From sequence record NC_007623.1: DNA of 64,000 bases. One strand, written 5' to 3'. The position numbers and the translations under genes are program-made. Below the pieces are notes generated by a model. That model ran no database searches. It had not been told where the DNA came from and saw nothing but the letters and a program-made list of their open reading frames with translations. This document shows, one piece after another, positions 20,378 to 29,844 of this stretch. The number at the start of each line of letters is the position of its first letter. The first letter of the stretch is position 1.

Positions 20378-21717
20378 GTATGGAATTACCACGTCCATTA
20401 GCTAACTTAATCGCCTTAGCAAACTCGGTGAATACGCAACGGTCGGATAAGAAGATCCGACTGTTTGCAACGATCATTACTCCGGTGGAACAGATTGAAC
20501 TGATTATCCCCACGGGGATGGCTCGGTTGTCGATGTATTCAGCGAACTGTTCCGATGACTGGCGTATTCAGGGCAACTTGCAACCCGGGGTTTACCTGAA
20601 CCGAATCCTGCCCTATAAGGACAATCTCTTTATTGAAGTGGTCGAACGTCAAGGCCTTCATCAAACCATGAGTCGGTTCCGGTGTATCCCCTTGAGTGAC
20701 TCGAACCCTGAGATGGCCGGTAACAGTGTCCATTTGGCTCACCTGGAAGGTAAGGACAGTATTAACCTGATAACGGTTAAGTTCCAGATGATTGAACTGG
20801 GGTACGCTTTGCTGAAGAATGAGATGGTGTCTGACAAGCACTTAATGACCACCTTGGACGATGCACTCCACTACCAACTCACCAAATACGGTAAGCAACT
20901 TCAGTTGACGGGTAAGGATGCCTTTAGAGGGGTGGACATTGAGCGTCCTATCGATAACCCTCGGGTCTTTAAGTTGATTGATATACCGTCTGCGGTGCCT
21001 TTACCCCAGTTAGGGATGTGGATGCAGACCCATGAGGAGTTTGGGATCTATACCAAAGGCTTTGGGATGTATTACCAGAAAGGCCTTTGGATGATTTACC
21101 CGCTCTTCAAGATCGGTCGGTATGAGAACGGTAAACGGGTACTGAGTATTTATCGACTACCGCCTGATGCAGTCCCTACCCTCCACGCCACGTACTTTAC
21201 CCAGGACCGGGTTACAACGATTCTGGCAACCGGTACAGGCCGTCATGTAGATGGAGCAGACATTGATCGTCAGAATGAGGGTACGGGTAAACGGTTGATC
21301 AGTTCGGATGCGGTCATGGGTGAAGTGGGTAACTACTACGCTAAGGGTCAGTCAGCATCAACCCGTCCTGATTCCCTCTCCGAATACCAAACCGCTAAGC
21401 GGAGCAGTGGGGAGGAGATTATACCCTTTGAACCGACCCCTACCAATAACCTCTGTAAGCACTTATCTGTGAACGCTTACAACGATGGGTCGTTGGAAAC
21501 GATTCAGTGGAATAATTCGAACAGGGACTTACTAGAACCAGGTATGCCTGTACGGTTCTTCTTTATGAGTGGAGATGATCGCTTGAAGTACAAGGAGGGT
21601 ACTCTGATTGGTGCTCGTACTGAACTCATGAAGGATACGGAAAGTCCAGATATTATCTTTAGGGAACATTCTGCTTTAACCCTCTTCTTGAATGATAAGG
21701 TGTTTGATGCTCCTTAG
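20374..21717 (+). CDS. Baseplate hub-type virion protein (phiKZ gp101-like)
   Basis: Motif 'GIYTKGFGMYYQKGLWMIYPLF', recalled as typical of this family. Confidence 0.6.
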   Translation: MSMELPRPLANLIALANSVNTQRSDKKIRLFATIITPVEQIELIIPTGMARLSMYSANCSDDWRIQGNLQPGVYLNRILPYKDNLFIEVVERQGLHQTMSRFRCIPLSDSNPEMAGNSVHLAHLEGKDSINLITVKFQMIELGYALLKNEMVSDKHLMTTLDDALHYQLTKYGKQLQLTGKDAFRGVDIERPIDNPRVFKLIDIPSAVPLPQLGMWMQTHEEFGIYTKGFGMYYQKGLWMIYPLFKIGRYENGKRVLSIYRLPPDAVPTLHATYFTQDRVTTILATGTGRHVDGADIDRQNEGTGKRLISSDAVMGEVGNYYAKGQSASTRPDSLSEYQTAKRSSGEEIIPFEPTPTNNLCKHLSVNAYNDGSLETIQWNNSNRDLLEPGMPVRFFFMSGDDRLKYKEGTLIGARTELMKDTESPDIIFREHSALTLFLNDKVFDAP

Positions 21718-22066
21718 GTAATTTATCACTTAATGTATTTATTGTATTGTAAACTGGCTGACAAGCGGGTGGGGAAAGGGGTTTATTTCCTAATAAAGAG
21801 TGGAGTAGTTACGGAGTAACTACGACTTCCTTGTTCTATCTTTTGATCTTTCTCTATTCTCTTTAGATCTTTCTTTTGATTTATACGGAATACAGAGAGG
21901 GAAGAGAGGGAATACCCCTTATACCCCCGAAAAAAAGGGGGGATGAGGAATAAGGAGAGAGAACCGTAGGTTAATCAGTATTCCAACACGTTCTGATTAA
22001 TACATTCAGCAAGCAGAGCTGAGAAGATTGCTCTGCCATTACCGATTCACTACCGGAGTAACTACC

Positions 22067-22312
22067 ATGACTGGGGATTTCGACCATCTCAGTAACCGTC
22101 AACTGGCAGACTTACTGGCGGGTTACCATTTGTACGGCACTAAGCGGACGAGCGAGATACCCGGGCCTGTAATGCTCAAACTCATCCGAAAACGCCTCCG
22201 GGCAACTGAACCTCTACCTGATATCATTCCCTGTCTCGACGACGGCAAAGACGAACGTGTGCTCGGTCTGTTTGGTGAACGCATCACGGTTAAAGGAAAA
22301 GAAAAACAATGA
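22067..22312 (+). CDS. Hypothetical protein
   Basis: SD GGAG before ATG 22067; coupled to the next gene. Confidence 0.55.
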   Translation: MTGDFDHLSNRQLADLLAGYHLYGTKRTSEIPGPVMLKLIRKRLRATEPLPDIIPCLDDGKDERVLGLFGERITVKGKEKQ

Positions 22313-22749
22313 CACATCGTGGGAATAATGAAATTAAGAATACATTTGATCTCTTACACGTGAGTGTAGAGGATCAAACGAATGCGGGGATATTAATACG
22401 GTTATTGGAAAGGGAGGCGAAGATTACCTTTGCTAAGGCGGATACGTTGTTTGTGATGCTGGTAAGGCGTCTAGCAGCGCTTAGGCGAGGCGATCAGGTA
22501 GAAAGGAGTACGGTAGAGGCGGGTAAGGGCAATCGGCTCTATTGGAAGCTTACAGAAGCGTACAGAGTACTTCAAGATAAACCCCCTACTGATCCTCCGT
22601 TGTGTAAAGTCCCTGACGGGTTGGAAGATGTCTTCTTAGCCTTTACGAAGACAGAACCGTTGTATCAAGAAGGCCCCGGGTATTACGGGGCGGTGTATGC
22701 AGGTGACCGCTTACTGACCGCACCCCCGCCTGTAGACTTTGAGTCATGA
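22309..22749 (+). CDS. Hypothetical protein
   Basis: 146-aa ORF, ATGA-coupled. Confidence 0.6.
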   Translation: MTHRGNNEIKNTFDLLHVSVEDQTNAGILIRLLEREAKITFAKADTLFVMLVRRLAALRRGDQVERSTVEAGKGNRLYWKLTEAYRVLQDKPPTDPPLCKVPDGLEDVFLAFTKTEPLYQEGPGYYGAVYAGDRLLTAPPPVDFES

Positions 22750-22799
22750 AAACAGTAAATGTTTACGGGTATACCCACTCACTACCCCCTTACTGACCT

Positions 22800-22826
22800 C
22801 CCTACCTAAGCCGAGCTTAGGTAGGG
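22800..22826 (+). terminator. Hairpin terminator
   Basis: CCCTACCTAAG-CCGAG-CTTAGGTAGGG. Confidence 0.7.
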
Positions 22827-22857
22827 GGTGTTATACCGCATTTAAGCTAAAGGGGAA

Positions 22858-22873
22858 CTCAAACCTATATTAC
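22858..22873 (+). promoter_or_regulatory. Putative phage early promoter (variant)
   Basis: CTCAAACCTATATTAC resembles the motif at 28602 and 41609 and lies upstream of a strong SD. Confidence 0.5.
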
Positions 22874-22915
22874 CGGCGTGATTATACCCAATGGATCATT
22901 TAGGAGATTCGGTTT

Positions 22916-23622
22916 ATGCATTACCAAGTGGTGTTTGAACAAGACCTATTGGGTAAAACCCATACACATGACACCGGTCTGTTCATTAACGGTGAATCCA
23001 AACGGTTTTTACCACGTTGTTGGATCATAACGAATCGGTGTTGTATGACGTGTACGACGGACACCTGGTGATTATCCGTGAAACCAGCGAGGGGGAAGTG
23101 GAGGAATACCTAAGCGATCGGTCGTATGATTACCAGACGTTACCGTTGTTGGTGGTGATTGCGTGCTATAAGCACAATAAGCGGGTGGTGAAGATGGGGC
23201 GGAGTACCCATACCCTGATGTTCCACGACAACAAGGACGGGCGGTTTGAAGCCGTATTAGAAGCCGGTAAAGTCACCCTCCACGATAAGGAGGGGTTAGT
23301 CTTTACCCAAGACGGGGATTATTACCTGTCTCTACCGGAAGAACACGTGGCGAATATCATGCTGGAACGGTTGAATCACAGCTTGAAGTTCTTTGACGAG
23401 AAATACAAGGTTCGGTTTAAAATAGGACGGAACTATGCGTATTTCCCGTTAACGGAAGTCTTTGCAGACCCTGAGGTTCGGAATATACGACTGCGGTTGG
23501 ATAACCTAACGATTACTCAACAGAGCTGGGATCGTATTCGGGAGCAGCTCATGGACCTGTTGGAAGATTACACCCAACCTACTCGAACTGTTCGTATGGA
23601 TCTACCCATTAAGGGGGACTAA
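22916..23622 (+). pseudogene. Frameshifted hypothetical gene (or a CDS from 23017)
   Basis: TAGGAG-ATG at 22916 opens a 51-codon frame; the long ORF is in the -1 frame, is open from 22996 and has no SD of its own. Confidence 0.45.
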
Positions 23623-23981
23623 TGGCGTATCAGGAATATGGATCTACGTTCGTTCACGACGGTAAAGTCTACCACCTCAATGACTTCCTCCGTCGAAGTG
23701 AAACACTCCCCGTTAAAACGGTTCCCTTAAAGGACTTTGAATGGCTCCTGGCGTATGCCGTTGAAGAGGATAAGGACAGGATTAAGCGAGCGGACTATTC
23801 CTTTCCGTTGTTGATTACGGAATGGGAAGGGGAGTGGGTGATCATTGATGGCTGGCACCGGTTCCTTAAAGCCCATTGGGATGGGCAATCCGCCTTGAAC
23901 GTTAAGGTCATTCCAACGGACTGGTTTAAAGGTAAAGGAAGGCCCTTTAAACTAAAGGGTTACCGTAATCGCGTTACATAA
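23622..23981 (+). CDS. ParB/sulfiredoxin-like N-terminal domain protein
   Basis: 'ADYSFPLLITEWEGEWVIIDGWHRFLKA' contains the ParB/Srx-type IDGxHR motif. Confidence 0.65.
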   Translation: MAYQEYGSTFVHDGKVYHLNDFLRRSETLPVKTVPLKDFEWLLAYAVEEDKDRIKRADYSFPLLITEWEGEWVIIDGWHRFLKAHWDGQSALNVKVIPTDWFKGKGRPFKLKGYRNRVT

Positions 23982-23990
23982 CGTGACATA

Positions 23991-24026
23991 CCCCTACCCC
24001 CTAGCGCTCAGGCTAGGGGGTAGGGG
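23991..24026. terminator. Bidirectional hairpin between convergent genes
   Basis: CCCCTACCCCCTAGC-GCTCAG-GCTAGGGGGTAGGGG. Confidence 0.75.
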
Positions 24027-24046
24027 GTCTATTATTCATTTTGTCT

Positions 24047-25579
24047 TTACATGGCGTCCCAATCTTTCACGACATCACCATTCTCATTAAAGCGTTGTTG
24101 CAAAGACCGTCTAAAGGCGGGTTTACCATTAATGTCATGTACAAGCCCTAACACGGGATCAAGATCATAGATAAAGAACCGCTTCTCAGGTGAACACCCT
24201 TCACCCCGTTGTTTACCAATGGAACAGGTAAAGTAATTCTTCATGGACGTCTTCGCCACATGAATGGTAATGACACCATCCACTTCGTTGGTAATCTTCG
24301 TAGACGTTTCTGTCATTGACTTACCAGAGACTTCCCGAGCGAAGTAGACCTCAGACTCATCATCCAGTTCTTTTAGTAGTTTCTTAGCTTCAGGGCTCAA
24401 CTGGTGAGGTGTTAAGAAACAAATACCCCGCGCAATCATAAATGACCGGACAGTGCGGAACAGTAATTGAAGTTTATCGGACTTATTCTCCCCAGGGAGT
24501 TTATCGAAATTCTGCAACGCCAAGTAATCATACCCGTACAGAATGATCTCGTGACCTTTGAGTTCCAATTGCCGTACCCGAGCGAACATCTTATCCCGGT
24601 TGTCTTTATGGGCTTCAATCTGGTTAATCACCAGGTACCACCCATTCTTCCGGAAGCAATCCGCAATAGCGGTTACAATGTCTACGCTTTCAGTCACCTG
24701 AAAGTCCCGGTCTTCTTTGTACTTGGTGGTTACCGCCAGCTTGTAGATCCGACGAATCACCAGCTCCATGGCATCCTCAGCCGATTCATACAGGATCGTT
24801 GGAATCTTAGCCTTATTCCGCAGCATGGGTTTGTTGTACATCCCCGCTGAAGCAATCAGGTGAGCCATACCGAAAGACTTACCTCGGTTCGTCATGGCTT
24901 CTAGGAGGTACATCTTACTTCGACGTAATCCTCCATCTGGTTCCAATCCTTGATTGAGACCTTGAATACCGGTTTTAATGATCCCTTCTACACTGTTCTC
25001 CGTCTTCGCCATCTCGATGATATCGAGCATACTTTCCGGCGTGCCTGTATTGACGGAACTCACCACTTCGGATTGACGTTCCCCATACGCGTTATTCACC
25101 CGCTCTTGGATCAAATCAATCAGTTTAGCAAAGTCTTCGGGTTTGGTATCAACGAGGTCCTTATACAGGACTTCTTTCATAGCCTTCTTGAACTGCTTCT
25201 CGAAGACCTCATCTTCCATACTGGAACGAATCTCTGTGATCTGTTTATACACCAGACGACGAGACAGTTCCTCTGTTTCCAGGTCTTCCAATCCAACATT
25301 CACCGCATCCCTGAGACTGTCATCATTCTTGCAGAAGATCGCTACCCGCTGCATCAGCAACGATTTTATAAGTGGATCGTCATTGGACTGGTCCAGCAGC
25401 CAGCTGATTGAAGACCGGATGCTGTCCCTGACACGTCGGTCTTGTGACATCACATCGGGATTTGGGGCTGGGAGTTCTTCCAGTAAGTCTGTCAGTTCTT
25501 CGATCAGGTTAGTGTCTTTTAGTTTTTTGGCCTGATAAATTGCTGATAACAGTTTTACTAACACCAGCAAATCGTTCAT
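24047..25579 (-). CDS. dnaB: DnaB-like replicative helicase (phiKZ gp118-like)
   Basis: 'IIKTGIQGLNQGL', Walker A 'AMTNRGKS', 'YDYL' Walker B and 'TPHQLS'; SD AGGGG before ATG 25579; sits divergently upstream of the capsid block as in phiKZ-like phages. Confidence 0.8.
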   Translation of the reverse strand: MNDLLVLVKLLSAIYQAKKLKDTNLIEELTDLLEELPAPNPDVMSQDRRVRDSIRSSISWLLDQSNDDPLIKSLLMQRVAIFCKNDDSLRDAVNVGLEDLETEELSRRLVYKQITEIRSSMEDEVFEKQFKKAMKEVLYKDLVDTKPEDFAKLIDLIQERVNNAYGERQSEVVSSVNTGTPESMLDIIEMAKTENSVEGIIKTGIQGLNQGLEPDGGLRRSKMYLLEAMTNRGKSFGMAHLIASAGMYNKPMLRNKAKIPTILYESAEDAMELVIRRIYKLAVTTKYKEDRDFQVTESVDIVTAIADCFRKNGWYLVINQIEAHKDNRDKMFARVRQLELKGHEIILYGYDYLALQNFDKLPGENKSDKLQLLFRTVRSFMIARGICFLTPHQLSPEAKKLLKELDDESEVYFAREVSGKSMTETSTKITNEVDGVITIHVAKTSMKNYFTCSIGKQRGEGCSPEKRFFIYDLDPVLGLVHDINGKPAFRRSLQQRFNENGDVVKDWDAM

Positions 25580-25604
25580 GCTAACCCCTGAGAGTGTAAA
25601 GTAG

Positions 25605-26150
25605 ATGATTTTTAAATACCCTAACGGTTTACCGTTCGAGTTGTATGTGGTAACCGGGGAGTTGGTTGACACCCTGGTGGCTCAATCCATCCCGCTCTGT
25701 GGATTGAAAGAAATTTCTGCATACCATGACAAGATCACCTTTGGTGAAATGGCTAACTTTGTAGCTTTGCAGTATGCGGCGGCCAAAGTCTTTGGTGTAG
25801 AAATGCCTGACCCTACGGCGTACTTTGGTCATGGGTATAACGCGGGGATGGTAGCCGAAGCATTTAATGGGGTGGACAGTGATGCAATAGCCACCCTCCT
25901 TCGTACCGCCAATCATTTCCGATCGACGGTTAATGGTCAAGTGATTCTCATTGGAGTCGAGGTAGGGGACCATAAAGCCACCGCTAGCTGGGAGAAACTT
26001 CAAGCCAAAACAATCTCAACCGCCGTATTGGAAACACTTTATGCAAGGGTCGGTTATTTGGAAAGTCATTTCGGTCCCGTACCGAAAGCAGGTTTAGGGG
26101 AATTGACTCTGGCTGAAGTGTTCAAGCTGATCCACCTTCAAAACCCCTGA
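25605..26150 (+). CDS. Conserved virion protein (phiKZ gp119-like)
   Basis: 181 aa between helicase and capsid gene; synteny only. Confidence 0.5.
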   Translation: MIFKYPNGLPFELYVVTGELVDTLVAQSIPLCGLKEISAYHDKITFGEMANFVALQYAAAKVFGVEMPDPTAYFGHGYNAGMVAEAFNGVDSDAIATLLRTANHFRSTVNGQVILIGVEVGDHKATASWEKLQAKTISTAVLETLYARVGYLESHFGPVPKAGLGELTLAEVFKLIHLQNP

Positions 26151-26232
26151 TTAAAAGGCTGCATGCATTTTATGTGCAGTTCTATTGCGCAACAAACATG
26201 TTTGTTACTCATCTCGAACAGGATTTATATCC

Positions 26233-28458
26233 ATGGCAAAGCAACTACGAACCTCCATTAATGGAGACAACAATCTTTTCAGCGATGTCTGCAAGTCCCT
26301 GGTAGCCGGTAGTCTTTCCAACATCACCGGTAACGAGAGCTTCGCAGACTTCCGTAGCACTCTTCAGAGCGCGGGCGGTCAGGAAGGTTTTCTGGTCAAC
26401 CGTCTGATTGGTCGTTCGCTCCCGAACGTCAGTGGTAACGAGAGCGCTGACCTGCACACGGGCTTCAACTCGGCTACTTACGACATCGTCCAAGGTATCC
26501 TGGAACGCAAGAGCCGTGACCTGATCCCCATGGACTGCGTTCGTATCTTCCAAGAAGCCGGTGATAACTTCGCCAAGGTGGAAGGTGCTGAAGGCTTCTC
26601 GATGCAGAACTTCGAGGGTCGTGAGCAAGAGATCCGTGCCGCCAACCTGACCCTGAACGCCCAGAGCCACCTTCAAACCGAAGGCGCTGAAGCCCTGTTC
26701 GCCACCGTCGGTGTGCGTTATCAAGACGAAGGCGCTGAGCTGATCGTTCGTGCAGCAGGTCTGGGTACCTACGCGTACGGCAACACCCCGTGGCAATCGG
26801 CTTCTGAACTGCGTCCGATCTTCGGCCTGCTCCGCAGTGGCGATATGTTCAAAGACGAAGCCCTGGCCGTCTACCCGGTATACCCGGACGATAACGCGAG
26901 CGAAGACCGTGCCTTCTTCGTGGCTGAGAGCGTCATCGCCCCGCGTCCTGTGAAATACGCGCAAGGTGATGCCTACGGTCGTGGTGAGCACGAAACCCAA
27001 ATGTTGGCGGTTCCGGTATCGATTCCGAACCTGCTCGCCCTGACCCAAGCGCCGGGCCAACGTCCGTGGAATTCCACCGACGAACTCGAATCCAACTCCA
27101 TCTCCGTGTCTCTCATCGCCGCAAGCGGTAAGCTGGACGGTACTGATATTTCGTTCTTCATCAAAACCGGTGCGATGTCGAACAACACCTTCGCACCAGC
27201 CAACAACGCCCAGACGAGCGATGAGCGCCAACTGAACCTGCAAGTCAAGCAACTGCCGGGCTTCTCGGTGAGCGACAAAGACGGCAAAGTGGTGGGTGAA
27301 ACCATTTTCGCCAGCTTCAAGTCCGCAGGTTACGAACCGCTGCTGGCCTTCCGCCTGACTGGTAGCTACCAACGCCAGACCAACGAGTTCAACCTGCAAC
27401 CGGGTACTGTGACCATCACCGCTGTTCGCAACATCACTACCGGTGTGGTCACCAAGATCGGCTTCGCTGACAGCACGGTTAAAGCCCTGATGCGCTCCTT
27501 CACCGAAGGTAAACTGATCGGTGCTATTACCACCCAGAACGTATCGAACACCAACCGCGGTAACTTCGGTTATCGGATTGAAGTGTACGATGCCAAGAAA
27601 CACCTGTCGGTGAAACGTCGTTCTCCGATCTCGGTGAAATACCCGATCTCGGCTGATGACGTCAACCAGGCCAGCCTGGACTTCGCACTGAGCCAGATGT
27701 CGGTGGTGATTAACAACCAATGCTCCGCTCACGCTTTCCAAGCGGCTGAGCAGCACCTCGAGTACGTCACCTCGATTACCGGTCAACCGGTGGTGGCCAA
27801 CGACCAAGGTTCGGAAGTGCTCGCGGGTCAGCACTTTGTAAGCCCGATCGCCATCAACCGTAGCTTCAAGCTGGTTGATGTGATCTCGGCTAACAGTTCT
27901 TCGGATGTGTTCGTGTCGGTGGCATCCGCCATTACCAACGAGATCGCTGATATCGTTGCGGCCCTGAACACCAAGTCCGGCTTGGCATCCATTGCGGAAT
28001 ACAGCACTGGTAATACCAAGAACGCCTGGACGGTGGTCGTCCATCAGAACTTGAGCCGTTTCATCTTCCGTTCGGGTGATGCACGGACCATTGGTCCGAT
28101 CAACAACCTGAAAGTGGTTGAAACCAACTTCGACAGCATGATCGGTAAGATGTACATCGTTCCGACCAACGATTCCAACAACGAAACCATTAACCCGCTG
28201 GCGGGTATTGGTGTTCTGGTATCGAAGGAGAACGTCGTTGTACAGGGTAACATCACGCGTGACAACAGCGACTTCGGTGTCGTGATGACCCTGCCGAGCT
28301 ACAAACACTGGCCGCTCAACGTGGTCATTGGTTCTCTGGTCATCGAAGATGCTGAAGACCTGCTGAGCGACAAAGGTCTCATCAACCAACTGGCCGTCAA
28401 ACGTGTCAAGGTTGAGAACATCGAGGATGCGAAACCCGACCCAAACGCCGGTCCGTGA
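26233..28458 (+). CDS. Major capsid protein (phiKZ gp120-like)
   Basis: About 740 aa; propeptide with GNE, GQE and GAE motifs; 'MQNFEGRE...AANLTLNAQSHLQTEGAEALF'; strongest codon bias in the window; followed by a terminator. Confidence 0.85.
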   Translation: MAKQLRTSINGDNNLFSDVCKSLVAGSLSNITGNESFADFRSTLQSAGGQEGFLVNRLIGRSLPNVSGNESADLHTGFNSATYDIVQGILERKSRDLIPMDCVRIFQEAGDNFAKVEGAEGFSMQNFEGREQEIRAANLTLNAQSHLQTEGAEALFATVGVRYQDEGAELIVRAAGLGTYAYGNTPWQSASELRPIFGLLRSGDMFKDEALAVYPVYPDDNASEDRAFFVAESVIAPRPVKYAQGDAYGRGEHETQMLAVPVSIPNLLALTQAPGQRPWNSTDELESNSISVSLIAASGKLDGTDISFFIKTGAMSNNTFAPANNAQTSDERQLNLQVKQLPGFSVSDKDGKVVGETIFASFKSAGYEPLLAFRLTGSYQRQTNEFNLQPGTVTITAVRNITTGVVTKIGFADSTVKALMRSFTEGKLIGAITTQNVSNTNRGNFGYRIEVYDAKKHLSVKRRSPISVKYPISADDVNQASLDFALSQMSVVINNQCSAHAFQAAEQHLEYVTSITGQPVVANDQGSEVLAGQHFVSPIAINRSFKLVDVISANSSSDVFVSVASAITNEIADIVAALNTKSGLASIAEYSTGNTKNAWTVVVHQNLSRFIFRSGDARTIGPINNLKVVETNFDSMIGKMYIVPTNDSNNETINPLAGIGVLVSKENVVVQGNITRDNSDFGVVMTLPSYKHWPLNVVIGSLVIEDAEDLLSDKGLINQLAVKRVKVENIEDAKPDPNAGP

Positions 28459-28535
28459 GTCCTGCGAATTACGGGCGGCTTGAGTATCCCGAGTTGCCCT
28501 AGTAGGTACCTCACGGAAATTGCGTGTACCATTAG

Positions 28536-28569
28536 CCCTACCCACTCCCCTAACCGGGAGTGGGTAGGG
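28536..28569 (+). terminator. Hairpin terminator after the capsid gene
   Basis: CCCTACCCACTCCC-CTAACC-GGGAGTGGGTAGGG. Confidence 0.8.
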
Positions 28570-28601
28570 TTATATTTGCAGTTATACCGTTTATTGGAAT
28601 A

Positions 28602-28618
28602 TTTTAAACCTACATTAT
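28602..28618 (+). promoter_or_regulatory. Phage early promoter motif
   Basis: TTTTAAACCTACATTAT, recalled as the EL-type conserved motif; a near-copy is at 41609. Confidence 0.7.
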
Positions 28619-28690
28619 CCTTGGGTACAAGACAATAGGTTATCTGACCGCGCACCAGATGATCTTGACACTAACTTGAGGATCCTCACC

Positions 28691-29827
28691 ATGAATGACG
28701 TTTCACCCTACCGGCATTTCCGGCTGACTTATGATATCACCAATATGAGCAGCAAACAGATTATTGTCAAGGCGAAAGGAGGGTTGAGTTACCTTATTCG
28801 CAAACCACTAGAGGCTTCGTGGTATCCCGGGGCGATGATCGATATCAAATTCGATCGTCTGTATGTCGGTGATTTCAGTTTTGATAAGTCAGCAGCGCGG
28901 AGTAAATTCGATCGTCTGTTGATTGATAAGATCCAAGCTCACCTGAGCTTTGTGTCGAGCAAAGAGTCGCACGTGGACATTCGGCAGTATCATGACTTCG
29001 GCGTCACGATCAAACTGAACAGGGATGTGGTTGAAGACCTGGAAGGTGAACCGATCCACAGTGATATCCTCGGTATCACGTTGTATAACCGGGAAGAGAA
29101 TACCGGCGATCTTTATCCCCTGAATACGCCAGACTACACCCTCAATGACCTGATGAAATGGGGAATCGGTGAGAGTGATGAGCCGGGAGGTCTTCATTAC
29201 TACGTGTATCTGAACGATCCCCTGAGTGTTCAAAACCCGTTGTACACCAATGTCATGGGTAAAGCGGTAATGGTCCCTACGGTCAGGGAGATGAATAAAG
29301 ATCATGGGTTGTATGTGGGATTGGTCTGCGGTAATTCACTACCGAAGAAGCTATTCTACACCTTTGACCATCTCTGCGATGAAACCCTGGGTTTCCTGGG
29401 TATCTTTAAGACCAAAGCAGAATGTGAGATGGGAGGGAACACGGAACGGGCAATGACTGCCGAGAAGAAAGTGGTTGAACTGAATAAACAACTGAGTTCA
29501 GCCAACAACGAGATTTCCAAACTGAAGGACTTGGTAGACGAGAATGTCCGTAAGAGTGTTGAGTTGGGTATCGAGCTGACCCACCTCAAAAGTGCTCATC
29601 GGTTGGAACTCATGCAAGCGAGAAATGAACGTCAACTGGAGGTGAATCGGCTGCAAATCAACAATGATGCGACCAAAGTACGGAGTGAAATGGACAAGAC
29701 CTTGAGTAAGGCGAATCTGGAGTTCACCCGCCAGCGGGCCAGCGCTAACAACTGGGGAGAAGTGGCTAAGGCGGTTGGGGCTATTGCAACCGTGTTTGCT
29801 GCGGGGTATAAACTATGTACTTCCTGA
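28691..29827 (+). CDS. Conserved coiled-coil protein with a hydrophobic C-terminus (phiKZ gp122-like)
   Basis: C-terminal heptad region and terminal 'WGEVAKAVGAIATVFAAGYKL'; directly upstream of the nvRNAP subunit. Confidence 0.55.
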   Translation: MNDVSPYRHFRLTYDITNMSSKQIIVKAKGGLSYLIRKPLEASWYPGAMIDIKFDRLYVGDFSFDKSAARSKFDRLLIDKIQAHLSFVSSKESHVDIRQYHDFGVTIKLNRDVVEDLEGEPIHSDILGITLYNREENTGDLYPLNTPDYTLNDLMKWGIGESDEPGGLHYYVYLNDPLSVQNPLYTNVMGKAVMVPTVREMNKDHGLYVGLVCGNSLPKKLFYTFDHLCDETLGFLGIFKTKAECEMGGNTERAMTAEKKVVELNKQLSSANNEISKLKDLVDENVRKSVELGIELTHLKSAHRLELMQARNERQLEVNRLQINNDATKVRSEMDKTLSKANLEFTRQRASANNWGEVAKAVGAIATVFAAGYKLCTS

Positions 29828-29844
29828 TATGGTAGGTAGGTAGG

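Noticed and set aside
26165-26180. TATG late-promoter motif before late genes (also near 13028, 45026 and 55937)
   Set aside because: A 4-nt motif cannot be distinguished from chance without TSS data.
26245-28545. 766-aa antisense ORF over the capsid gene
   Set aside because: Same codon-bias artefact; it also starts inside the terminator hairpin.
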